This document shows positions 1 through 12,000 of a stretch of DNA of 64,000 bases, piece after piece; position 1 is the first letter of the stretch; each line of letters opens with the position of its first letter. Below the pieces are notes generated by a model, which did no database searches, was not told where the DNA came from, and was given only the letters and a program-made list of their open reading frames with translations. The stretch is from Macrostomum lignano (taxonomy: Eukaryota). The translations under genes and the position numbers were made by a program. The DNA lies in the NCBI GenBank assembly GCA_002269645.1, contig NIVC01000563.1, forward strand, positions 124,001 to 188,000. The letters run 5' to 3'.

Positions 1-3000
1 GAGCGGAAGAACCAATCGAAAGACCCGGTGCTGCCAGCCGAAGACTACGCCAGCGTAGTGCAAGATCGAATGCTCGACAAATTTGGCAAATCCTTTGCCA
101 ACGCTAGCGAACTGATGCAGGCTACCGCCTTCCTGCACGATGTCGGATCTATATTGCACTTTAAGGTTAGATTGTTTATCGTGACAAGAATCGCTAAACA
201 GTGATTGCCAACAACTCACTAGCGACTCTGGGGCGATCCTTGTGACTTTGTTTAACGACTCAAACGACTGTAATGCGACGGAAAGGCCCCTGATTCATTC
301 TAGAAGCGCCCCAGAGTCGCAGACAATTAAACAAGGACAAGGACATCTCGTCTTTTTAGAGTCGTCTAGAGTCACTTCTTTCCTATTTTACCTGCGTTTC
401 CTGCACCGGCCCTAAAACGACTGTGGGGCGACGCAAGTGATTCTGAGAAGCTTCTTGAACTTGCAGCAGAAGTCGACTACCGATATGTTGCGTTAATAGA
501 CTTTTTGTCAATTTACCCTCCCTTAAGTTGGTAGTTGAATTCCTGCTGGCCTGTTCAGCAGCGAAAATTCTGGGCTGATTTTCGTGATTCAGTGATCTGG
601 GTTCCGGAATTTTGGTCCGGAATTTTGATCCGGATTTCAGTGATCTGGGTTCCGGAATTTTGGTCCGGAATTTTGATCCGGATTTCAGTGATCTGGGTTC
701 CGGAATTTTGGTCCGGAATTTTGATCCGGATTTCAGTGATTTAGTTTTGTTGTCAAAGCAAAAAATCCGGTCAAAAAATTGAGTTAATTATTTACATGTA
801 GGCTTGTCTCAACCATAGAAGACATAATTATATTAATATTATCGGCAGCTACTGGTACTACTGTTAGCATAGGGCAGCTCTGCTGACCATCTGGCAGCTT
901 GAAGTTAATTGCTTCCTCGCTATCTGTAAGTCAGCAGAGATCCCCTTCAAAATAAAAAAGTCAAATTCTTCTAAAGGGGGCCGTATCTCAGTGGTCTGGC
1001 GCGGTGCTCTGAGGTGCCAGCGGCCCAGGCTCGATTCCAAGTGCAGTCACATTAATTTAGGGCTGAATTGGAACCTCGGCTTGGCTCTGCTCGTGCAATT
1101 AACACCCTTGAGGGCCAACCCCTAAGGCACAGTAAAGTGTACATGCCTTACGATAAATAAAGTTAGGGCCGCTGTACACTTCTGTGTGTGTGCCTGTGCG
1201 TATGACTGCGTACGTATCCGCGCGCTTTTGTGCCTGCTCAAAGGAGTCGGTGGATTGGGCAGTAAAAGCTTAACTCTCCCTCATTCAGGATGTTGGTCTC
1301 CGGGACATCTACTTCCTTGATCCGCAATGGCTGTGCGACTTGCTAGCGCAGGTGGTCACCACGCCGGAAAATAACAAGTGGGTCCGTGGCGGCCTGATGC
1401 CAGTTGAGCATCTGCATTGGGTCTTTCACGGCAACAGCGGCGCCTGCCGGCCAGCGGAGATGAGGAGCTACATTGTCCGCCTGCTGGGCAAATTTGAGCT
1501 GGCTCTGTTGGTGAGGCTGCTTCCCTTTCTTAGATAGTCTCTATATTCTTCTAAGCAGTGCAAATGTGTCTGCATTTTTTATTTGCAACCTCTCGTCTTT
1601 GTGCTGTAATTTTGTTTGCTTTTGTTCCATTTTTCTCTCCGTCTCCCTCTCTCCGTCTCCCTCTCCGTCTCCCTCTCCGTCTCCGTCTCCGTCTCCGTCT
1701 CCATCTCCATCTCCCTCTCCGTCTCCCTCTCCGTCTCCATCTCCATCTCCCTCTCCGTCTCCATCTCCATCTCCCTCTCCGTCTCCCTCTCCGTCTCCAT
1801 CTCCATCTCCCTCTCCGTCTCCCTCTCCGTCTCCGTCTCCATCTCCGTCTCCATCTCCATCTCCCTCTCCGTCTCCGTCTCCATCTCCATCTCCCTCTCC
1901 GTCTCCCTCTCCGTCTCCCTCTCCGTCTCCCTCTCCGTCTCCGTCTCCGTCTCCGTCTCCATCTCCATCTCCCTCTCCGTCTCCCTCTCTGTCTCCATCT
2001 CCGTCTCCCTCTCCGTCTCCCTCTCCGTCTCCATCTCCGTCTCCCTCTCTGTCTCCATCTCTGTCTTCATCTCTGTATCCCTGTCTCCTCCGTCTCCCTC
2101 TCTATCTCCCTGCCTCACTCTATCTCCATCTCCATTTTAATCTCCCTCTCCATCTCCCTCTCTCCTCTCCCTCCTCCCCCTGTCTCATCTCCCTCTCTCT
2201 TCCCCCTCTTTCCTCTCCCTCTTCCTCTGTCTCATCTCCTTCTACCTCCCTCCCCTTTCTCTACTTTTTCGGCTGTCAAAAATGTTTTTCTATCTATCTG
2301 TCAATACTGAGTGCTCCACTGCGATCCACTGGTTCTCCAAACCCTCAACTCACGAAATTCAGGTAGAAAACGACCAGCTGCTGATTCCCTCGCTGCTGCC
2401 GGTCAGCCCCAGTCCGCAGGCCGGCGGTCTGGGCAGCCGGGCCAGCCGGATTCCCCTGCGAGACGACGCCGCCGTGCCAGCGCACAGCCTGGAACGCGCC
2501 AAGCTCAGCCTGGTCTCCTCCTCCTCCGCCGCCGCCGCCTCCGCGTCAGTCGCTGTTCCTCATCAACGGGCAAACGGAGCCTCCTTCGCCGCTTCCAGCC
2601 AGTCGAGCTCCGCCCCGGTGTACGTGCCCTTTCCGCCCAAGGAGCCGGGCACCGAGGCTACGATGTTCTACGTTAAACTGGACGACATCGATTCTCGGCT
2701 AGGCGCCTCGGCTCAGAAGCTGCCGCAGTCGCAACAGCAACAGCCGCCGCCAATTTCAACTCAACCCGAATTGCGTCTCGGCCCCACTAAAACTAAATTT
2801 AGTCTGAAATGCGAAAGCGCCGATATCAGCCGCCAACTGAGTCGCCTGTACATCATGACCTACTTCCCGTCGGGCTTCTGGCCTCGGCTGCTCACTAAGC
2901 TTATTGGAGATCGGCACTTTGCCAACACGGCTAAGGGGCTGTACCGATTGAGCTATTTGCAGGGCGTTGAACGATTGTCTGACTTTCCCGAGGCGCTTCG

Positions 3001-6000
3001 GCAGCGAGCCTACTGGCTGCCCTGGCAGACCGGAGTAGAACTCTACGCCTGCGACGTGCTAGTGCTCAGCTGCAAAGAGGTTAGTTTAATATCGGGTTTT
3101 TGGTCCTACATGTATGTCGCTGTTTTTTTCTAACCACATTGCTTAGCAACCACCATATCCCGCCTAGGAGCCCCATATCCTGCTTAGCAACCACTATAAC
3201 CAGTCTAGCAACCGCTAGAAACCGCGCAGCAACCCCTAGAAACCGCGCAGCAACCACTATATAAGGTAACCACTAAATAATCAACCACTAAAACCCACCT
3301 AGCAACCACTATAACCCGCCTAGCAACTACTATAGCCCGCCTAGCAACCACTATAACCCGCCTAGCAACCACTGCAGCCAGCCTAGAAACCACTGTAACC
3401 CGCCTAGCAACTACTAAAGCCCGCCTAGCAACGTCTATAGCCTTTCAGCAACTACCATATCCCAACCTAGTAGCCACTATATCCAACTTAGCAACCAATA
3501 TAGCCCGCTTAAGCAACCACTCTAGCCTGCCTAGCAGTTTCCCAGTAATTCCCATTGCCTACCTGAACTCCCTCAGGTTCAGAGCGGCTCCTCCTCGGCC
3601 GACAGCCAATCGGAGCTGCTCAAATCCCTCTCTTATCGAGTCCTATTCGACGGCAGCCAACACGATTTGGCCACGCCGGCCGAGCAGATGAGCCTGTTGG
3701 AGATTCGACTGCCCCTGACCGACATTCGATTAGAGCCGAGCGAAGGTCTGCCTGGCACTCGCATCGGCAGCTACCACCTGAGGTGCAGCAGGCAGGCTGC
3801 CACTGGTCTGCTTAACAAGGTTCGCTGAGAGCCAACCTTAATTGATTCCGACTTATACACTTTATACTGGGCCCATCATTTGTTGCTGAATAGAGAATCC
3901 CATAGATTCTATGGGATCTTTGTTGCAGTTATCCCACAGGTGAGATTTAGGGTGTTTTAACTCATAGGTGAGATTTAGGGTCAGTTATCAACTGGCAGGT
4001 GAGATTTAGGGTCAGTTATTAACTCACAGGTGAGATTTAGGGTGTTTTAACTCACAGGTGAGATTTAGGGTGTTTTAACTCAGGTGAGATTTAGGGTCAG
4101 TTATCAACTGGCAGGTGAGATTTAGGGTCAGTTATTAACTCACAGGTGAGATTTAGGGTGTTTTAACTCACAGGTGAGATTTAGGGTGTTTTAACTCACA
4201 GGTGAGATTTAGGGTCAGTTATCAACTGGCAGGTGAGATTTAGGGTCATTTATTAACTCACAGGTGAGATTTAGGGTTTTTTAACTCACAGGTGAGATTT
4301 AGGGTGTTTTAACTCACAGGTGAGATTTAGGGTCAGTTATCAACTGGCAGGTGAGATTTAGGGTCATTTATTAACTCACAGGTGAGATTTAGGGTTTTTT
4401 AACAGTCAGTTGATAACCTGTCAGTTATCAACTGACAGGTGAGATTTAGGGTCAGTTATCAACTGACAGGTGAGATTTAGGGTCAGTTATTAGCTCACAG
4501 GTGAGATTTAGGGTCAGTTATCAACTGACAAGTGAGATTTAGGGTCAGTTATCAACTCACAGGTGAGATTTAGGGTCAGTTATCAACTCACAGGTGAGAT
4601 TTAAGGTCAGTTATCAACTCAGGTGAGGTGAGATTTAAGGTCAGTTATCAACTCACAGGTGAGATTTAGGGTCAGTTATCAACTCACAGGTGAGATTTAG
4701 GGTCAGTTATCAACTCACAGGTAAGATTTAGGGTCAGTTATCAACTCACAGGTGAGATTTAGGGTCAGTTATCAACTCACAGGTGAGATTTAGGGTCAGT
4801 TATCAACTCACAGGTGAGATTTAGGGTCAGTTATCAACTCAGGTGAGATTTAGGGTCAGTTATCATATCAACTCAGGTGAGATTTAGGGTCAGCTATCAA
4901 CTCAGGTGAGATTTAGGGTCAGCTATCAACTCAGGTGAGATTTAGGGTCAGCTATCAACTCAGGTGAGATTTAAGGTCAGCTGCATGTATCACACGGTTT
5001 AGGATTAAAAGGCTTAAGACAAAGTGTTGCACGGCTCGCCATCTGTTGTTTTGCATCGAGATAACTTCTCTAATCCGTTCGATCGCTATCTCAGGTCGTG
5101 GAGCACATCGACTCGCTATTGGAGGATTGGTTCCCAGACTTGGGCACCAGGTTCAACCAGACAGCCGAAGGGATGTTCCTAGTGACCCGTCTGTGCCCCT
5201 GTCAGCTGTGCCTGTACGCCCAGCAGGTTAGCCGGCGCGGCGTGCCGAAAACCTCCTGGGATGTGGTTAGCAACGAGCACTTTCCCACCGTGATTGGCCG
5301 GGTCAACGCTGACGCCGGGTCTACGAGAGAGTGAGTCCGACTTTTGCTACGTAACCTCGTGACATTTGGTGTTCTTTGACCCCGTAACCTTTAGCGCCCT
5401 TATGACCACGTAGCCTCTTGCGTTCTATTGACCTCGTAGAATCTAGCTTTTTTATTACCCGATTCCTATTGTGTTCTAACGTTCTAATTGCCTCTGGTGT
5501 TCTTATGAGCTTATGACCTCTGGTGTTCTTATGAGCTTATGACCTCTGGTGTTCTTATGAGCTTATGACCTCTGATGTTCTTATGAGCTTATGACCTTTG
5601 ATGTTCTTATGAGCTTATGACCTCTAATGTTCTTATGAGCTTATGACCTCTAATGTTCTTATGAGTTATGACCTCTGATGTTCTTATGAGTTATGGCCTC
5701 CAGTGTTCTGATGTTCTTATGTTCCAGGACCTCTACCTCTGTAGGTAGAGGTCTACCTACAGAGCTTATAACCTCTGATTTTTTATGAGCTTATGACCTC
5801 TGCTGTTCTTATGAGCTTATGACCTCTGCTGTTCTTATGAGTTATGGCCTCCAGTGTTCTTATGAGCTTATGACCTCTGATGTTCTTATGAGCTTATGAC
5901 CTCTGATGTTTTATGAGCTTATGACTTTTATGAGCTAATGACCTTCGGGCTCTTATGACTTAATAACTTTTGATTTTTATTATGACCTGGTGACCTGTAA

Positions 6001-9000
6001 TGTTGTTTATAAACTTTCTAGCTTTTGAGGTTTTTTAAGCTAATTGACTAAAGATTTTGAATTTTAATATTAATATTTTCATCTTAATTATTTTTACTAA
6101 TTACAGTGACGTTGTCTACTGTGCCGCGGTCGAAGAATTTATCTACAATTACCTTGAGAAGCAGGTGATTCTGCAGTGTCCCGTTCACAAAAAGGAATTC
6201 AATGCGCCTGATTTAGTGAGTTGTTTGACAAGCTAATTGGCCTATAAAATCTGCTTAAATACTCATGACACTTCCACCAATGTACACTTCGCCACTCTAA
6301 CCCCCTTCACAAATGTACATCTGTCCTCTCTAACCCCTTCCTCCAGTGTACATCTGCCCGTTCTAACCCCTTGCACCAATGTACATCCCCCACTCTCGTC
6401 CACCCTTTCCACCAATGTACATCTCCCAACTCTAGCCCCTTCCACCAATCTACATTTGCCCGCTCTAACCCCTTGCACCAATGTACATCCCCCCACTCTC
6501 GTCCACCCTTTCCACCAATGTACATCTCCCTATTCCCCCTATTTTCACCAGTATATTTACGCTCCCCAAAACTCTGCGCCACGCTATTATAAACCCGTAA
6601 AATCACGATCCCCACGTGTTTGTCGAACCAATCAACAGATGTTCCAAGATTTGGATCCGGACAAGATACTGTCAATAGAGCAGGTGAAGATTCTGTCCTT
6701 CATCGGTAAAGGCAATTTCGGCACAGTATTCTCCGGCTCTATTCGAGTGAGTCTCTAATCGGCTTTTCATAAATTGGTTCTCTCTCTTTTTAATCCGATC
6801 TCAAACCGTGCCTTTTTACTTGCTCAGACAAAGGAAGGCGAGCAGTACGCTGCGGTGAAGCTGCTGGTCCCCTACCCGCTGACGGCCGACTGCTCAGAGG
6901 AGGACCAGCGGCTCTATAAGGAGGAGGCCCGGCGCTGGGAGATGGAAGCAGTGCAGTGCTGCTGCAAGTCCTACCTGCAGGCCCGGTCTGAGCTGCACAT
7001 ACTGCTCAGGCTGCATCATCCTAATGTGCTCAATTTGTATGGAGTTCTGGCGCCCAAGCCGCTCTCCCTGCTGCTTGAGCTGGCGCCCCAGGGTGCTCTG
7101 GACAGGTAGGGGCTTATGACAGGCAGTTTACAACAGGCTGTCTGTAGCTGACACAGCTTACAACAGGCTGTCTGTAGCTGACACAGCTTACAACAGGCTG
7201 TCTGTAGCTGACACAGTTTACAACAGGCTGTCTGTAGCTGACACAGTTCACAACAGGCTGTCTGTAGCTGACACAGTTTACAACAAGCTGTCTGTAGCTG
7301 ACACAGTTTACAACAGGCTGTCTGTAGCTGACACAGCTTACAACAGGCTGTCTGTAGCTGACACAGCTTACAGCAGGCTGTCTGTAGCTGACACAGTTTA
7401 CAACAGGCTGTCTGTAGCTGACACAGTTTACAACAGGCTGTCTGTAGCTGACACAGTTTACAACAGGCTGTCTGTAGCTGACACAGTTTACAACAGGCTG
7501 TCTGTAGCTGACACAGTTTACAACAGGCTGTCTGTAGCTGACACAGCTTACAACAGGCTGTCTGTAGCTGACACAGTCTACAACAGGCTGTCTGTAGCTG
7601 ACACAGCTTACAACAGGCTGTCTGTAGCTGACACAGTTTACAACAGGCTGTCTGTAGCTGACACAGTTTACAACAGGCTGTCTGTAGCTGACACAGCTTA
7701 CAACAGGCTGTCTGTAGCTGACACAGCTTACAGCAGGCTGTCTGTAGCTGACACAGCTTACAACAGGCTGTCTGTAGCTGACACAGTTTACAACAGGCTG
7801 TCTGTAGCTGACACAGCTTACAACAGGCTGTCTGTAGCTGACACAGTTTACAACAGGCTGTCTGTAGCAGACAATTTAGAATACAAGAAGAGTCTGGAAC
7901 ACTCGCTGACTTTGTTGCAGACACCTGGCCAGCTACAGGCAGGCGGGCTACCGCCTTCCAGTCGGGGTGCTGCGCAGCCTTGTTTATCAGATCGCTGACG
8001 CCCTGTCGCACCTGCACTCGCTGTGCATCATCTATCGGGATTTGAAGGCCGAGAATTGTCTAGTATGGAATTTACCGCCGCCATGCGCCGTCGGTACCGA
8101 CGTTAACGACGCTGCTGACGCTGGCGTCGTTGGCGGTGGCAGCGCCGGCATAGGAGGCGGCAGCGGCGATCGTGGCGGTAGCGGAGGCGGCAACGAAGGG
8201 GCAGCAGTCGGTGGCGGCGGCGGCCAGCCAGCGGCCGAGCATCATCACGGAGGCCTTCTGCGGGTGGCGCTGGCGGACTACGGCATCAGCAGGACCACCG
8301 TGCCCGACGGGTGCGTGTCTGAGTTGCTCAGTGGTGGCGGTCAGAGTTGCTCAGAGGTTGACTCGGTGTCTGACTTTTGTGCACAGCCACGTAATTTAAA
8401 GTCCCAAGGCACAGAGAGTGTACATGCCTGATGATTAGGAAGTCAGGGCCGCTGTACACCCCGTGTGAGCGTGTGCTGCTCTAGGGTCAGCGAACTGGGC
8501 ATGACTGCTGGGTTTCCAGCTAGCGTATTATCTGGTCGCATGTCGATGGTTAGTTATTAAGTAGTTGTAGCCTAGTGGTCAGAGCGTCGGACTCACAACT
8601 GAAAGGTCGGGGGTTCGATTCCCGATCCCACTCGGAACAATTTGTGTCCTTAAGCAAGACACTTAACTCTGCATTGCTTCAGTTCACCTTGCTGTAAAAT
8701 GGGTGCCAGCATTAGCTGGGGTAATTGAGGCTGTGTGTGGCGACCCCCAGTCCTTGGATTGAACAGCCGTACGCAGCCTTCAGATGCGCCGCGCAATAGC
8801 TGCGGCTGAGCTGGCGGTTGCACATCTGGCCATTGGGGCAGGTGTAATCAGTTAGCATTATTATTATTATTATTACTACTGTTTAGTAGGAGATCTCGTA
8901 AAATTAATAAAGACTAGCACCCATCCCCGGCAGCTACCGAGGCTACGCTGGGACCCTGGCTTACATGGCCCCAGAGATCTTGGAGTTTCACGGCGAGGAG

Positions 9001-12000
9001 ACTTACACAGAGAAGGCCGACATCTACAGCTTCGGCATGCTGCTGTACGAGCTCATCACTCTGAAGCCGCCTTTTATTGACGAGGCGACGAAAAGCGTCC
9101 GCCAGAATCTGGTGTCCTACATTCTGAAGGGCGGCCGGCCACTGCTGTACGACACTGATGTGGCCGGAGTTCCCGTGCCTTTGCTCGACCTGCTGGCCGT
9201 CTGCTGGGCTCAGAGCTCCCGACTGAGACCGTCGGCTGCTCAGATTCGGGCCGCCTGTCAGAGCGCCGCTTTTGTGCGCGTTTCGGATGCGTGCGCGATG
9301 CGAGCGGCGCCGCTGTGCATCGGCCGGGCGGGCCCGGACTCGTCAGCTCTGTGGCTGGCCAGCCTGGAGCCGTCTGGGCGACAGGCCCGGCTGGAGACCT
9401 ACGAGTTGGCTAAGTGAGCCTTGCGGGAGGGCGTTTCCGGCTTTGATTGGATTTGCGGGGAGGGTGGCAGGAGTGGGGAGGGTGGCAGGAGTGGGGAGGG
9501 TGGCAGGAGTGGGGAGGGTGGCAGGAGTGGGGAGGGTGGCAGGAGTAGGGAGGGTGGCAGGAGTGGGGAGGGTGGCAGGAGTGGGGAGGGTGGCAGGAGT
9601 GGGGAGGGTGGCAGGAGTGGGGAGGGTGGCAGGAGTGGGGAGGGTGGCAGGAGTGGGGAGGGTGGCAGGAGTGGGGAGGGTGGCAGGAGTGGGGAGGGTG
9701 GCAGGAGTGGGGAGGGTGGCAGGAGTGGGGAGGGTGGCAGGAGTGGGGAGGTAGCATGAGTGGGGAGGGTGGCAGGAGTGGGGAGGGTGGCAGGAGTAGG
9801 GAGGGTGGCAGGAGTGGGGAGGGTGGCAGGAGTGGGGAGGGTGGCAGGAGTGGGGAGGGTGGCAGGAGTGGGGAGGGTGGCAGGAGTGGGGAGGGTGGCA
9901 GGAGTGGGGAGGGTGGCAGGAGTAGGGAGGGTGGCAGGAGTAGGGAGGGTGGCAGGAGTGGGGAGGGTGGCAGGAGTGGGGAGGGTGGCAGGAGTGGGGA
10001 GGGTGGCAGGAGTGGGGAGGGTGGCAGGAGTGGGGAGGTAGCATGAGTGGGGAGGGTGGCAGGAGTGGGGAGGGTGGCAGGAGTGGGGAGGGTGGCAGGA
10101 GTGGGGAGGGTGGCAGGAGTGGGGAGTGTGGCAGGAGTGGGGAGGGTGGCAGGAGTAGGGAGGGTGGCAGGAGTAGGGAGGGTGGCAGGAGTGGGGAGGG
10201 TGGCAGGAGTGGGGAGGGTGGCAGGAGTGGGGAGGGTGGCAGGAGTGGGGAGGGTGGCAGGAGAGGGGAGGGTGGCAGGAGCGGGGAGGGTGGCAGGAGT
10301 GGGGAGGGTATCAGGAGTGGGGAGGGTGGCAGGAGAGGGGAGGGTGGCAGGAGCGGGAGGGTGGCAGGAGCGGATAAGGTAGCAGCGGGGAGTCATGAGC
10401 TATCAATAATAGGTTCGTATAGAAACTTTAGCACACATTTGTACAGTAGGGGGCCTTCAAACAGAAGCCTGCAACAAAAAATCCGCAGAGGCCGCGTCCG
10501 CCGCTGCCGCCTGGTGCACACCTTCGGCCTTGGCGTCCGGCCTCAGGCTATGTGCGTTGAGCCTGACCACGCCAAACTGTGGGTTGGCCTCTCCACCGGC
10601 ATCTTGGCCGTGTTCGACTGCGACAACTGGGAGCGAGTGGCCGAGATTCCCGTATTGCGGCCGGGCCAGCAGCCGCAGGATTCATTCCAGCAGCTGCTGG
10701 CAGCGCGGCCCGCCGTGCTGGTATTTCTAGCCTCTGGCGGGGTGCGCCTCTACGGCAGCGCGGCCTATCGGCAGCAGACGCCTTCGGCGGCGGATGTTGA
10801 ACCGCCGGCGTTCGAGCTGCGGCCCACTGTGGCGCATTTCCTACCGGATACTGGGTGAGCTGGGGCTTGGTTGCTATGGGGTTGCTATGGTGTCTCTCCC
10901 GGTTTTTTGCATCCCCAAATTCTACCTGTTGCTTCCCGTGTCTCCCCTGTTCACTTCCCTGTGTCTCACCTGTCGCTTCCCTGTGTCTCTCCTGTTGCTT
11001 CCCTGTGTCTTCCCTGTTGCTTCCCTGTGTCTTCCCTATTGCTTCCCTGTGTCTCCCCTGTTGCTTCCCTGTGTCTTCCCTGTTGCTTCTCTGTGTCTTC
11101 CCTGTTGCTTCTCTGTGTCTCCCTGGTTCCTCCCCTGTGTCTTAGCCTGTTTACTTCGCTGTCTCCACTGTAGTGACACCAAATCCTGACTGATTCCCTC
11201 AATTTCAGGGAACTCTGGCTGGGCCACCGCGGCGGCCGGCTCTCGGTGCACTCGTTCGCCGAATCGCTGGCCGTCCGTCAGCTGGCGGTGCTGGACGATC
11301 CCGAACTGGCTAGCCAACCGTCCGCGGCCGCGAATTCTTCAAAGGCGACTACAAAGACGACGGCTCTGATCGATTCTGACGAGCGAGGCGAGCTGGTAGT
11401 CAGCTACGCTTTTCCCGGCAGCGTGGCGCAGCTCTGGTCGGCCAAGGACAGGCGGCACCTTGGCAGGGTCTGCCTGACCGAGCTTTTGCCCGAGCTGGGT
11501 GCCACACTGGCCGGGGCCGGCTTCTCAGGTGAGATGTCTCATCTGGGGTGTGAGATGTCTGAACTGTGGATGTGAGATGTCTCATCTGGGGTGTGAGATG
11601 TCTGAACTGTGGATGTGAGATGTCTCATCTGGGGTGTGAGATGTCTCAACTGAGGGTGTGAGATGTCTCATCTGGGGTGTGAGATGTCTGAACTATGGAT
11701 GTGAGATGTCTCATCTGGGGTGTGAGATGTCTCAACTGAGGGTGTGAGATGTCTCAACTGTGGGTGTGAGATGTCTCAACTGAGGGTGTGAGATGTCTCA
11801 TCTGTGAGTGTGGGATGTCCTATCTGTGGGTGTGAGATGTCTCAACTGTAGGTGTGAGATGTCTCAACTGTGTGTGTGAGATGTCTCAACTGTTGGTGTG
11901 GGATGTCTCAACTGTTGGTGTGAGATGTCTCAACTGAGGGTGTGAGATGTCTCATCTGTGAGTGTGGGATGTCCTATCTGTGGGTGTGAGATGTCTCAAC

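Noticed and set aside
222-320. 14-bp inverted repeat GCGACTCTGGGGCG/CGCCCCAGAGTCGC, possible MITE
   Set aside because: Single copy in the window with no clear TSD or defined ends; cannot be supported without a genome search.
8420-8460. Hammerhead ribozyme (CTGATGA core)
   Set aside because: No correctly placed GAAA or three-stem junction, and the homologous copy at about 1140 lacks CTGATGA.
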